Origin: Planctomycetota bacterium | GTDB lineage: Bacteria; Planctomycetota; B15-G4; JADJEK01 | DNA length: 64,000 nt | Assembly (NCBI GenBank): GCA_044225365.1 | Contig: JBGAIQ010000010.1 | Coordinates: 32,001-96,000 of the forward strand | Reading direction: 5' to 3' | Part shown: piece by piece, positions 1 to 8,028 of the stretch | How positions within the stretch are numbered: position 1 is the stretch's first letter | How the letters are laid out: each line of letters starts with the position of its first letter | Program-made: the position numbers and the translations under genes | The notes under the pieces: model-generated | Databases searched by the model: none | What the model was told of the DNA's origin: nothing | The model's input: only the letters and a program-made list of their open reading frames with translations

Positions 1-963
1 GACAAGGCCGCCGGACTCTCGTTCTCGATCCCGAGCGACCTGCTCGTCGTCGCCGGCCCGCGGTTCTCGAGTGTCGCACGTCTCCTGCTGCGCACTCCCG
101 ATCTGAAGGGCGAGATCCGCATCGTCCTCGATCTCCTGCCCACGCCCTACGAACTCGAACCCGCACTCGATTTCGATCTACGGGAGTGGACCTCGATGAA
201 CACGTACTCCGACGTTCGCGTGCGCCGCACGTGCAAGGTCGCGGACCATCCCGCGATCCGAGCGGAGGCCACCTATCGCGGAGCCGCGTGCCAGCTCCAA
301 CCCAACTCCGAGAAGAAGCTCGCGCGCGACGTGGTGCGCGTCTACGCGCAGCTCGACTCCGATGTCCTGTTCGCCGCCTATCTCGACTGCGATGCGCACA
401 TCGCCGAACGCATCATCCCGAAGCTCGACACGATCCTCGACTCCCTGCGACTCGAGAATTCGGCCGCGTTCGGCCTCGGCCTCAAGAAGCGGCTCGGGTA
501 CGGAGTGATCGAGAACGGACGGTTCTTCGACCCGCGCACGGGGTTTTCTCTGCGCGTTCCCCCGGGCTACACGCTCGATCGCTCCCCGAGTGCGAATTGC
601 TTCTGCCTCACCGCGCGCGCGCCCGCGACGACCGCGAGCGGCATCGCGGTCCGCATCGAGGGAATCGAACCCCTCGAGCCGGAGCACGGTCCGAGCGAAC
701 TTGCCGAGTTCGATGACGAGGCCTTTCGCGTCCAGGTGAGCAACCTCGCCGGTCGCGAGGCGCGCATCGCGCACGAGCGGGCCACGATCGGGAAACTGAG
801 TGGCGTCCGCGTCGATCGCGGATCCGGTTCCGCCTCCGATCCGATCCACGTGGCGTTCTACGTGAAGCAGGATCGCTACCTGATCGTGTTCGACGTCACC
901 GCGAAGGACACGATCACGGCCCGTACCGCGCTCGAAGCGGTGGTCTGCAGCTCGAAGTTCTGA
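1..963 (+). CDS. hypothetical protein, 5' end outside the window (possible PsbP/Mog1-like repeats)
   Basis: Frame of the 196..963 ORF is open back to base 1 (DKAAGLSFSIPSDL...); a similar segment recurs later (DPRTGFSLRVPPGY). Confidence 0.6.
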   Translation, partial: DKAAGLSFSIPSDLLVVAGPRFSSVARLLLRTPDLKGEIRIVLDLLPTPYELEPALDFDLREWTSMNTYSDVRVRRTCKVADHPAIRAEATYRGAACQLQPNSEKKLARDVVRVYAQLDSDVLFAAYLDCDAHIAERIIPKLDTILDSLRLENSAAFGLGLKKRLGYGVIENGRFFDPRTGFSLRVPPGYTLDRSPSANCFCLTARAPATTASGIAVRIEGIEPLEPEHGPSELAEFDDEAFRVQVSNLAGREARIAHERATIGKLSGVRVDRGSGSASDPIHVAFYVKQDRYLIVFDVTAKDTITARTALEAVVCSSKF

Positions 964-974
964 GCGATTCGCGA

Positions 975-1508
975 CTATCCTTTTCCGGGCGCAGGTGGAG
1001 GGCTCGGAGCCGGAGCCGGAGCCGGCGGTGATTTCGCCGCCTCGATCTCCTTGCTGAGCTTGCTCGCCTCTTCGGTGAGGGCCTTCAACCGGGCTTCGAG
1101 TTCGAGCACGTGCGCCTTCGCGGGATCCGCGGCGTCGATCCTCGCCTGCGCAGCCTTTGCCTCATTGTCCACCGCAGCCGCCTTCTCCTTCAGTCCCTTC
1201 AGTTTCTCCTCGGCCGCGGCGACCTTTTTCGCGAGATCCTGGGCCTCGTTGGTGAGGACCTCTTCGCGCGACCGAAGGCTGTCGACCCGGCGCGCGAGTT
1301 CTTCGACGTGCGCCTGTTCGCGCAGGTGCTCCTGCTCGAGGTGCTGCAGCTCGGCCGTCGTGGCATCGAGCCGGCTGATCGCGGACTGCTGCTCGACGAT
1401 CGTGGCCTCGTGCTCCGATTTGCAGCCCACGAGGCCCAGAACGCAAGCGGCGACTCCGGCCGGGATCACAGCGAAGACGTGAGACACGGACTTCGTTCGG
1501 ACGCTCAT
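975..1508 (-). CDS. coiled-coil lipoprotein
   Basis: Start re-assigned to MSVRTK (ATG at 1508); hydrophobic stretch ending in lipobox LVGC; long heptad-rich helix; Pro-rich C-tail. Confidence 0.65.
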   Translation of the reverse strand: MSVRTKSVSHVFAVIPAGVAACVLGLVGCKSEHEATIVEQQSAISRLDATTAELQHLEQEHLREQAHVEELARRVDSLRSREEVLTNEAQDLAKKVAAAEEKLKGLKEKAAAVDNEAKAAQARIDAADPAKAHVLELEARLKALTEEASKLSKEIEAAKSPPAPAPAPSPPPAPGKG

Positions 1509-1514
1509 GATGCG

Positions 1515-1520
1515 TATAAT
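1515..1520 (+). promoter_or_regulatory. candidate sigma70 -10 box for ndk
   Basis: Perfect TATAAT about 30 nt upstream of the ndk GTG, in a 42-bp divergent intergenic gap; AGGAGA RBS-like motif follows. Confidence 0.45.
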
Positions 1521-1550
1521 CCCGTCTTTTTTCCGTTCAGGAGAATCACT

Positions 1551-2018
1551 GTGCAAGAGAGGACTCTCATCCTCCTCAAGCCCGATGCGGTCCAGCGCGG
1601 CCTCGTCGGCCGCATCCTGACCCGCTTCGAAGAGAAGGGTCTCAAGATCGTCGGCGTCAAGTTCCAGACGATTCCGCGTTCGACGCTCGAACAACATTAT
1701 GCCTCGCACAAGGGCAAACCGTTCTACGAAGGACTCGTCTCCTTCATGGGCAAGAGCCCGGTCCTCGTGCTCGCGCTCGAGGGCAAGAACGCGATCGCCG
1801 TGTGCCGCAAGATGATGGGCGCTACCTTCGGTTCGAAGGCGGAGTCCGGAACGATCCGCGGCGATTTCGGAATCTCCGATTCGTTCAACTTGATCCACGG
1901 CTCCGACTCCCCCGAGGCCGCGGCGAAGGAACTCGCGCTGTTCTTCAAGTCCGACGAGCTCGCGAATTACTCGCTGATCTCCGCGCCCTGGGTGTACGAC
2001 GCCGACGAACTGCGCTGA
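1551..2018 (+). CDS. ndk: nucleoside diphosphate kinase
   Basis: ERTLILLKPDAVQRGLVGRILTRFE, GTIRGDF and NLIHGSDS (catalytic His) motifs; GTG start after AGGAGA. Confidence 0.97.
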   Translation: MQERTLILLKPDAVQRGLVGRILTRFEEKGLKIVGVKFQTIPRSTLEQHYASHKGKPFYEGLVSFMGKSPVLVLALEGKNAIAVCRKMMGATFGSKAESGTIRGDFGISDSFNLIHGSDSPEAAAKELALFFKSDELANYSLISAPWVYDADELR

Positions 2019-3566
2019 GTGTCCGCCCCACCGCCCGAACTGACGGCCGCGGCGCTCGCGCGTCTCGCGCGGCACGCGAGGTCGGCGTGCGGTAACGCCG
2101 TCCGGGCGGTGATCGATGTCGCTTCGAACTCGCGGCTCCTCCTGCTCGGGGAGCCCGCGAGCGCGAATTCACCGCTGCGCGCCCGTCTGCTCGTCGTCAC
2201 GGCGAGCGGACGGGCGCGCGTGCATTCGACCACCCCACTGAAACCCGGGGGAACGGCGGGAACGGGCCACCGCAAGCGCGAGCCGGCGAAGGCCCCGGCG
2301 CATCCGTTCACTCTCCGCCTCGCCGCCGAACTCGAAGGCGCGATCCTGCGCGACGTCCGCGCCGCCGGGCACGATCGCGTCGTCACGCTCGAGTTCGAGT
2401 CTCCCCGCGGAGAGCGCCGCGTGGTCGCGGAGTTGTTCGGCGCCGAGCCGAATCTCCTGCTGCTCGATTCGACGGGAACCATCCTCGCCCTGCTGCATCC
2501 CCGCAGCGGCAAACGCAAGCTCACGATCGGAGCCGCCTGGACGAGCCCGCACGCTGCTTCGCTCCGGGACTTCGAGTCCTCGCCGCCCATGAGCGACGAT
2601 CCCGAGTCCGACGCGGAGTTCGCTGCTCGCGTCGACGCGGCCTACGCAGTGATCGATCGTGGAGCGGAGTTCGCCGCGGTCCTCTCGCGATTGCGCAGCA
2701 AGCTCGCCGCGAAGCGTACGCGGGAGGAGAAGAAGCGCGCCGCGATGCGATCGGATCTCGAGAGCGCGGCCGAGGCGCCGCGGCTGCGCGAACTCGCCGA
2801 CATCCTCGCCGCCAATTTCACGCTCCTCCGAACCGGAATGGACTCATTGCGTGCGCTCGATCTCTATCGCGGCGGCGAGGTCACGATCCCGCTCGACCCC
2901 GCTTTGTCGCCGAAGGAGAACGTCGCGCGCCACTATCACCGCGTCGAGAAGAAGGAGCGAGGCGCGAAGCAGATCGGCGCGCAGCTTGCGCTCTGCGACG
3001 AGCGCCTCGCGACTCTCGATCGCGACCTCGCGATCGTCGAGGGCGCCGCATCGCTCGCAACGAGCGCGGTCGACGACGCCCTGCGATCTCGCATCGAGGC
3101 GCTCGCGATCGAGCACGAGGTCCTCGCCGCGACGGTCGCGCGCGATCTCTCGAGCGTCAAGCGGAGGAAGGACGACGCCGCGCTCGAGGGGCTACGGAGA
3201 TTCCATCGCTCGAGCGGCGCCCTGATCCTCGTGGGTTCGAGCGATGCCGACAACGATCGACTCACCCATCGAATCGCTCGCGCGAACGACGTGTGGATGC
3301 ACGTGGAAGGTTTCCCCGGTTCACACGTCGTGCTCCGCCTCCCCCGTGGAGCGACGGCGAGCCTCGAGGACCTCCTCGCGGGAGCGCGCCTCGCCGTTCA
3401 CTTCTCGAAGCGCCGCGGAGCCGCGCGCGCCTTCGTGATCTACACCGAGAAGAAATACGTGCGAAAGGGCAAGGGCAAGGCCGGCCTCGCACTCGTCGAT
3501 CGACACAAGACCCTGACGATCGACCACGATCCCAAGGCGCTCGCCGCACTCCTCGCCGGCACCTGA
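2019..3566 (+). CDS. rqcH: NFACT-family protein (RqcH/FbpA-like ribosome quality-control factor)
   Basis: NFACT-N 'HDRVV..ELFG..NLLLLD', coiled coil with 'IPLDPALSPKEN', NFACT-R 'DVWMHVEGFPGSHVVL'. Confidence 0.85.
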   Translation: MSAPPPELTAAALARLARHARSACGNAVRAVIDVASNSRLLLLGEPASANSPLRARLLVVTASGRARVHSTTPLKPGGTAGTGHRKREPAKAPAHPFTLRLAAELEGAILRDVRAAGHDRVVTLEFESPRGERRVVAELFGAEPNLLLLDSTGTILALLHPRSGKRKLTIGAAWTSPHAASLRDFESSPPMSDDPESDAEFAARVDAAYAVIDRGAEFAAVLSRLRSKLAAKRTREEKKRAAMRSDLESAAEAPRLRELADILAANFTLLRTGMDSLRALDLYRGGEVTIPLDPALSPKENVARHYHRVEKKERGAKQIGAQLALCDERLATLDRDLAIVEGAASLATSAVDDALRSRIEALAIEHEVLAATVARDLSSVKRRKDDAALEGLRRFHRSSGALILVGSSDADNDRLTHRIARANDVWMHVEGFPGSHVVLRLPRGATASLEDLLAGARLAVHFSKRRGAARAFVIYTEKKYVRKGKGKAGLALVDRHKTLTIDHDPKALAALLAGT

Positions 3567-3694
3567 CGACTTCTTCGCGTCCGCCGAGAATTCGTCTCAT
3601 CCGGCTCAAGTCGCGTTCCCGTCATGCTCGATGAAGATCGTTGCTTCTCCGGCGGGTCCCGCCGGAGCACGTTCCACGAGCGAAGGGATTGGCC

Positions 3695-4219
3695 ATGCTT
3701 TCAACGTTCCAACGCGCACGAGCGCAGGGTTTCACCCTCGTCGAGCTCCTCATCGTCGTCGTCGTTCTCGGCATCCTCGCGGGCATCGTCCTGCCGTCGA
3801 TCAACACTTCGACCGAAGATGCCAAGGTCTCCGCGACCGTCCAGAACCTCCAGACCGTGCGAGCGGCACTCGACTACTTCAAGCTCGGTCACAACGACAA
3901 GTATCCGGGCTATCCCGCGTCGGGATCGGGCGCGCCGACCGAGGCGTTGACGATCGATCAGCTCACCCTGCAAACGACGAAGGACGGCGCGACCGGAGCG
4001 ATCGGTGACACTGCGTTCCCGCTCGGGCCGTACCTGAAGAACGGGTTCCCGGCGAACCCATTCAACAACCTGAAGACGATCACGGTGATCGCGAACGGTG
4101 GCGCGTTCCCGACCGCCGCCGACGACTCGACGGGCTGGATCTACAAGCCCGAGACGGGTCAGTTCAAGGCGAACACCACGGCGAAGACCGCGGACGATCA
4201 GAACGTCTTCGACTACTGA
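3695..4219 (+). CDS. type IV prepilin / GspG-like major (pseudo)pilin
   Basis: Class III signal G|FTLVELLIVVVVLGILAGIVLP; 'GPYL..FPANPFN' and 'GWIY' motifs; start re-assigned to MLSTFQ. Confidence 0.9.
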   Translation: MLSTFQRARAQGFTLVELLIVVVVLGILAGIVLPSINTSTEDAKVSATVQNLQTVRAALDYFKLGHNDKYPGYPASGSGAPTEALTIDQLTLQTTKDGATGAIGDTAFPLGPYLKNGFPANPFNNLKTITVIANGGAFPTAADDSTGWIYKPETGQFKANTTAKTADDQNVFDY

Positions 4220-4231
4220 TCCCGTGCTCTC

Positions 4232-4768
4232 GTGAGTGCGCACCGCATCGTTCTCGGTAGACGCCTTCATTCCGCCTCGCGCGAGTGCGGACTCTTCTCG
4301 TTCGTCGAGATCATGATCGCTTCGCTCATCCTTGCCCTGTCGGCGACCGCGACGGCCTACTGGGTCGAGACCGTGGCGAATCTGACCAACGACGCCGACG
4401 AACAGACGATCGCGACCACGCTCGTGAAGACCGTACAAGGCGTGATCGCCTCGAAGGCGTTCGAAGAAGCCGGTGCGACGACGTTTGGCCCCGAGAGCGG
4501 CGAATCGATCGCGACGTTCGACGACCTCGATGACTTCGACGGCCTCGTGGCGTGTCCCCCCTTCGACGCGCACGGCGCACCGCTCACGCAGCTTCCGACG
4601 TGGTCGGTGCGAATCGAGGTCGCCAACTACGAGTCGAACGCATCGGGCCCATCGAAGCTCGACGACTCCGCCGACGCAACGCTGCGAGGCGTCTCCATCG
4701 ATGTCGAACACGACGGGCGCACCATTGCGCATGCCTTCTGGCTGCGAGCCAGGTCTCCCTTCGAATGA
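4232..4768 (+). CDS. minor prepilin-like protein (PilV/GspI-like)
   Basis: ECGLFSFVEIMIASLILAL, a prepilin-like N-terminus with atypical spacing; lies directly after the major pilin. Confidence 0.7.
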   Translation: MSAHRIVLGRRLHSASRECGLFSFVEIMIASLILALSATATAYWVETVANLTNDADEQTIATTLVKTVQGVIASKAFEEAGATTFGPESGESIATFDDLDDFDGLVACPPFDAHGAPLTQLPTWSVRIEVANYESNASGPSKLDDSADATLRGVSIDVEHDGRTIAHAFWLRARSPFE

Positions 4769-4775
4769 GGACGTC

Positions 4776-5036
4776 ATGGCCAACGAGAATCGCGACGATC
4801 GATCGAACGTGAGGGCGACCGCCTGGCGGCTCCTTCCGTTCCTCGCACTCTCCTTCCTGTTCCTTCCTCCCTTCACGAGCAGCTCGTCCGGCCGCACGGC
4901 GAGCTCCGGAGATCCTCACGGTCCGATCGCTCCGCCGAATCCGGTCGAGCAGCGCGCCGAGATGATCGCGCTCCTGCGCTCGATCGATTCGCGCCTCGAG
5001 TCGATCGAGAAAGTCCTCGCGAACAAGGCCAAGTGA
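4776..5036 (+). CDS. small membrane protein
   Basis: ATG after GAGGA; one hydrophobic helix and an amphipathic C-terminal helix (EQRAEMIALLRSIDSRLESIEKVL). Confidence 0.6.
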   Translation: MANENRDDRSNVRATAWRLLPFLALSFLFLPPFTSSSSGRTASSGDPHGPIAPPNPVEQRAEMIALLRSIDSRLESIEKVLANKAK

Positions 5037-5064
5037 CTCTCGAGAGTCGCTTCCGGAATCCAAC

Positions 5065-6114
5065 ATGTTCTTCACGCGCACCAGGGTCTCACCGATCGGA
5101 GTCAGTCTCGAGCAGAACGCCGTGCGTCTCTTGCAGCTCGAGCACAAGGGCTCCGAGTGGCGCGTACGAGCGAGCGCCGAGATCGACCGCGGCGATGCCG
5201 AAGGAGCGCCCCTCGATCGCTCCCTCGCGAAGAAGATCGAAGAGGCGTTGCGCACGAATCCGTTCGTCGGGCGCCGCTCGGTGGTCGCATTGCCCTCGGA
5301 TGCGATCGTCGAACGCCACGTCAAGGTGGAGAGCGCCGAAGGTCAGGCGCTCTGCGACCAGCTCCTGTTCGAACTCGAACCGAGCTTCCCGAACGACGTA
5401 CCGATCGTGCAGCATCTCGCCGTCGGCGAAGTCCAGGAGCGCGGCGAACGCCGTCACGAACTCATCGTGCTCGCTGCCTCGCTGCGCGGCGTCGAGTCGC
5501 TCCTCGAATTCCTCGAATCCGCCGATCTCGAACCGATTGCACTCGATGCCGAGAGTTGCGCGATCGTGCGCTGCTTCATGCACCGCCGGCGACGAAAGGC
5601 CGATGCAGAGCGCCAGACGGCGATCGTCCACGTCGGACAGCGCGCGACGTGGATGACGATCACGTCGGCAATGCATCCCATGTTCATGAAGCAGCTCCCG
5701 CTCGGCGCGATGGAACTCCTCGACGCGGCCTCGGCGCGCCTCGGTCTCGGGCGCGACGAGATCCGCATCTGCCCTGCGAGTGATCGCATCGACGAGGAGA
5801 AGGAACTCGGAGACCACGTCGCGCAGGCGCTGCGGCTCCAACTCGACTCGCTCGCGCTCGAGCTCGGCTCGTGCCTTCGCTATCACGCGGCCTCACGCCG
5901 CGGATCCGGACCGCTCGAGATCCTGCTCGTCGGTCCCGGGGCCGAGATCCCCGGCGTCGCCGACTCGCTCGCAGAAGCGCTCGGCGAGCCCGTATCGCGA
6001 CCCGATCCGTTCTGCGCCGCGTACTCCGGTGTCCCGTCCGACCGAAGGACGGCCACGCACTTCCCGTTGTGGTGCGTTCCGCTCGGCCTCGCATTGCGCG
6101 AGGACGCCGCATGA
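5065..6114 (+). CDS. pilM: PilM-like actin-fold pilus assembly protein
   Basis: 'PIGVSLEQ..VRLLQL', 'AIVHVG', 'ILLVGPGA', C-terminal 'VPLGLALRE'; precedes PilN/O-like genes. Confidence 0.8.
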   Translation: MFFTRTRVSPIGVSLEQNAVRLLQLEHKGSEWRVRASAEIDRGDAEGAPLDRSLAKKIEEALRTNPFVGRRSVVALPSDAIVERHVKVESAEGQALCDQLLFELEPSFPNDVPIVQHLAVGEVQERGERRHELIVLAASLRGVESLLEFLESADLEPIALDAESCAIVRCFMHRRRRKADAERQTAIVHVGQRATWMTITSAMHPMFMKQLPLGAMELLDAASARLGLGRDEIRICPASDRIDEEKELGDHVAQALRLQLDSLALELGSCLRYHAASRRGSGPLEILLVGPGAEIPGVADSLAEALGEPVSRPDPFCAAYSGVPSDRRTATHFPLWCVPLGLALREDAA

Positions 6115-6764
6115 GCGAGATCGACGTCGACTTCCTGCCCCCTTCGTGGCGCGCGCGACGCGCCCAGCGGCGGACGATCGTCTCTCGCGTGGGTGCGAGT
6201 TCGCTCATCCTCCTCACGATCGCGGCCACGCAGGGATTCGTCGCTCACCGCAGCCGGCAGCTCGATGTCGAACTCGCCGGCGTGGCGGCGGAGCACTCGC
6301 ACGCGAGCGAGAAGATCGCCAAGGTCGAAGAACTCGATCACCGCCGTCTCGAACTCGCCGGCAAGCTCGAACTGCTGAAGGACGTCCTGAAACGCGCCCG
6401 CGGCGCGGAGCTGATCGGGGCCATCGGACGCGCGGCGCCGCAGAACGTGGCATTCGATCTCGTCGAGTTCCACGTCAACGATCTGAAGGGCACGCCCGCG
6501 ATCGAGCTCACGGTGCAGGGAACTTGCCTCTTCCACGACGAGGCATCGCTCCTCGCCGAGAATCTGCGTGCCGATCCCAGCTTCTCCGCTGCGCGCCTCG
6601 TGTACTCCCAGGAAGGCGCGATCCCCGGCCTGAAGGAGTTCGTGATCACCGGCCTCGCGCCCGGGCTCCTCGACGAACCGGTGAGCGAGAAGCGGCGCGA
6701 ACGGCCGGTCGGCGCCGACGGCGAGGGTTCGCAAGACAACGAAGGCAAGGGCGACAAGCGATGA
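6111..6764 (+). CDS. pilN: PilN-like protein
   Basis: N-terminal 'IDVDFLP' (INLLP-like), basic patch, TM helix, coiled coil; ATGA overlap with pilM. Confidence 0.8.
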   Translation: MSEIDVDFLPPSWRARRAQRRTIVSRVGASSLILLTIAATQGFVAHRSRQLDVELAGVAAEHSHASEKIAKVEELDHRRLELAGKLELLKDVLKRARGAELIGAIGRAAPQNVAFDLVEFHVNDLKGTPAIELTVQGTCLFHDEASLLAENLRADPSFSAARLVYSQEGAIPGLKEFVITGLAPGLLDEPVSEKRRERPVGADGEGSQDNEGKGDKR

Positions 6765-7318
6765 CGCATCGCCCCTTGCCCCGATGGATGTTCGTCGCCG
6801 CGCTCGGAGGGACCGCGCTCGTGTTCGGCCAATTCGCGTTGCGCCCGGCACTCGCGGAGATCGCGAGCAAGAAGATGCAGCTCGTGAAGATGCGCGGCGA
6901 GATCGCGAGAGCCGAGGACTTCACGCGAGGTCTCGACGACCTCTCGCGGTATCTGCATGAGTTCTCCATCGCGCTCGACGAGCTCGATCGCCTGGTCCCC
7001 AAGGAGACCGATGCCGATGCTCGCGTCAGCGAGGTGACGACGATCGCCCGCGCCCTCGATCTCACGGTGACGAGCGTTCGCCCCGATCCCGCGGTCCCGA
7101 AGAACGGCATCACCGCGCATCCGCTGACCATCCGACTGCGAGGTGCGTATCTCTCGATCGAGAAGTTCCTCTACTCCCTCGAGGGACTGGAGCGGCATTC
7201 CCGCGTCACGCGCTGTCAGATCGACCGTGCGGACAAGACGGGAACGGATCCGACGGTCGTCGCCCAGATCGAACTCACCTCGTTCTCCCTCGCCGGCGGC
7301 AAGGGAGGTTCGCAATGA
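6761..7318 (+). CDS. pilO: PilO-like protein
   Basis: TM, coiled coil and 'PLTIRLRGAYLSIEKFLYSLEGLERHSRV' PilO-type segment. Confidence 0.8.
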   Translation: MTHRPLPRWMFVAALGGTALVFGQFALRPALAEIASKKMQLVKMRGEIARAEDFTRGLDDLSRYLHEFSIALDELDRLVPKETDADARVSEVTTIARALDLTVTSVRPDPAVPKNGITAHPLTIRLRGAYLSIEKFLYSLEGLERHSRVTRCQIDRADKTGTDPTVVAQIELTSFSLAGGKGGSQ

Positions 7319-8028
7319 GCACGCCGAGGAATCCAGCGCTCCGCACTTTCCCCTCCGATCCCAAGGAGGACACCGCGCTGTCGCGGCTCACTTACGAGCT
7401 GAGGAACAGCCCGGTCAAGGCCGTGGTCCTCGGCGTCGGCATCCTCGTCGCCCTTCTCGTGTGGGTACCGCGCTTCGTGACGCGAAGCTCCGACGCAGGC
7501 TCACAGACGACCTCCACGACGAAGGACCCGGCGTCGAACGCCTCGCCTTCCTCGTCGTCTGCGCTCGCGGGTTTCGTCGCGAATCTCGCGGATGGCTCGT
7601 CTCGCGACTCGTTCGCGATGCGCACCGAATTCATGCGGATCTCCCAGGAAGCACAGCAACTCCACCGCTTCGCCGACGGCATCGAACCGCGCGCATCGTC
7701 GCGCGACCCGTTCGCGAGGATCGCGACGAAGAAGCCCCCGAGCGTGGCGCCCGATCCGCCGCCGCAATCGGAGGACACCAGCGAGACTCCGGCCCTACTC
7801 GAAAGCGACGCCGAACGCGCGCGCGTCGCTCTGCTGCGGATCGACGGCATCGTTCGCTTCGCGACGCATTCGCAGTGTTTCCTCGGTGGCATGCGGCACG
7901 AGGTCGGCGAGACGATCGACGGCGGGCTCACGATCGAGACGATCGAAGAACGCGCCGTCGTCCTGAAGGGCAAGTACGGCACCTACCGACTCGAGATGCA
8001 TCACGGCGACAAGGAGTCCCATCGATGA
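7315..8028 (+). CDS. PilP/GspC-like protein
   Basis: TM helix, 'RDPF' motif, C-terminal 'LRIDGIV...VGETIDGGLTIETIEERAVVL' beta domain; lies between pilO and the secretin. Confidence 0.65.
   Translation: MSTPRNPALRTFPSDPKEDTALSRLTYELRNSPVKAVVLGVGILVALLVWVPRFVTRSSDAGSQTTSTTKDPASNASPSSSSALAGFVANLADGSSRDSFAMRTEFMRISQEAQQLHRFADGIEPRASSRDPFARIATKKPPSVAPDPPPQSEDTSETPALLESDAERARVALLRIDGIVRFATHSQCFLGGMRHEVGETIDGGLTIETIEERAVVLKGKYGTYRLEMHHGDKESHR

Noticed and set aside
1509-2075. N-terminal half of the 366-aa minus ORF overlapping ndk
   Set aside because: Antisense shadow of ndk; the lipoprotein signal begins at 1508.
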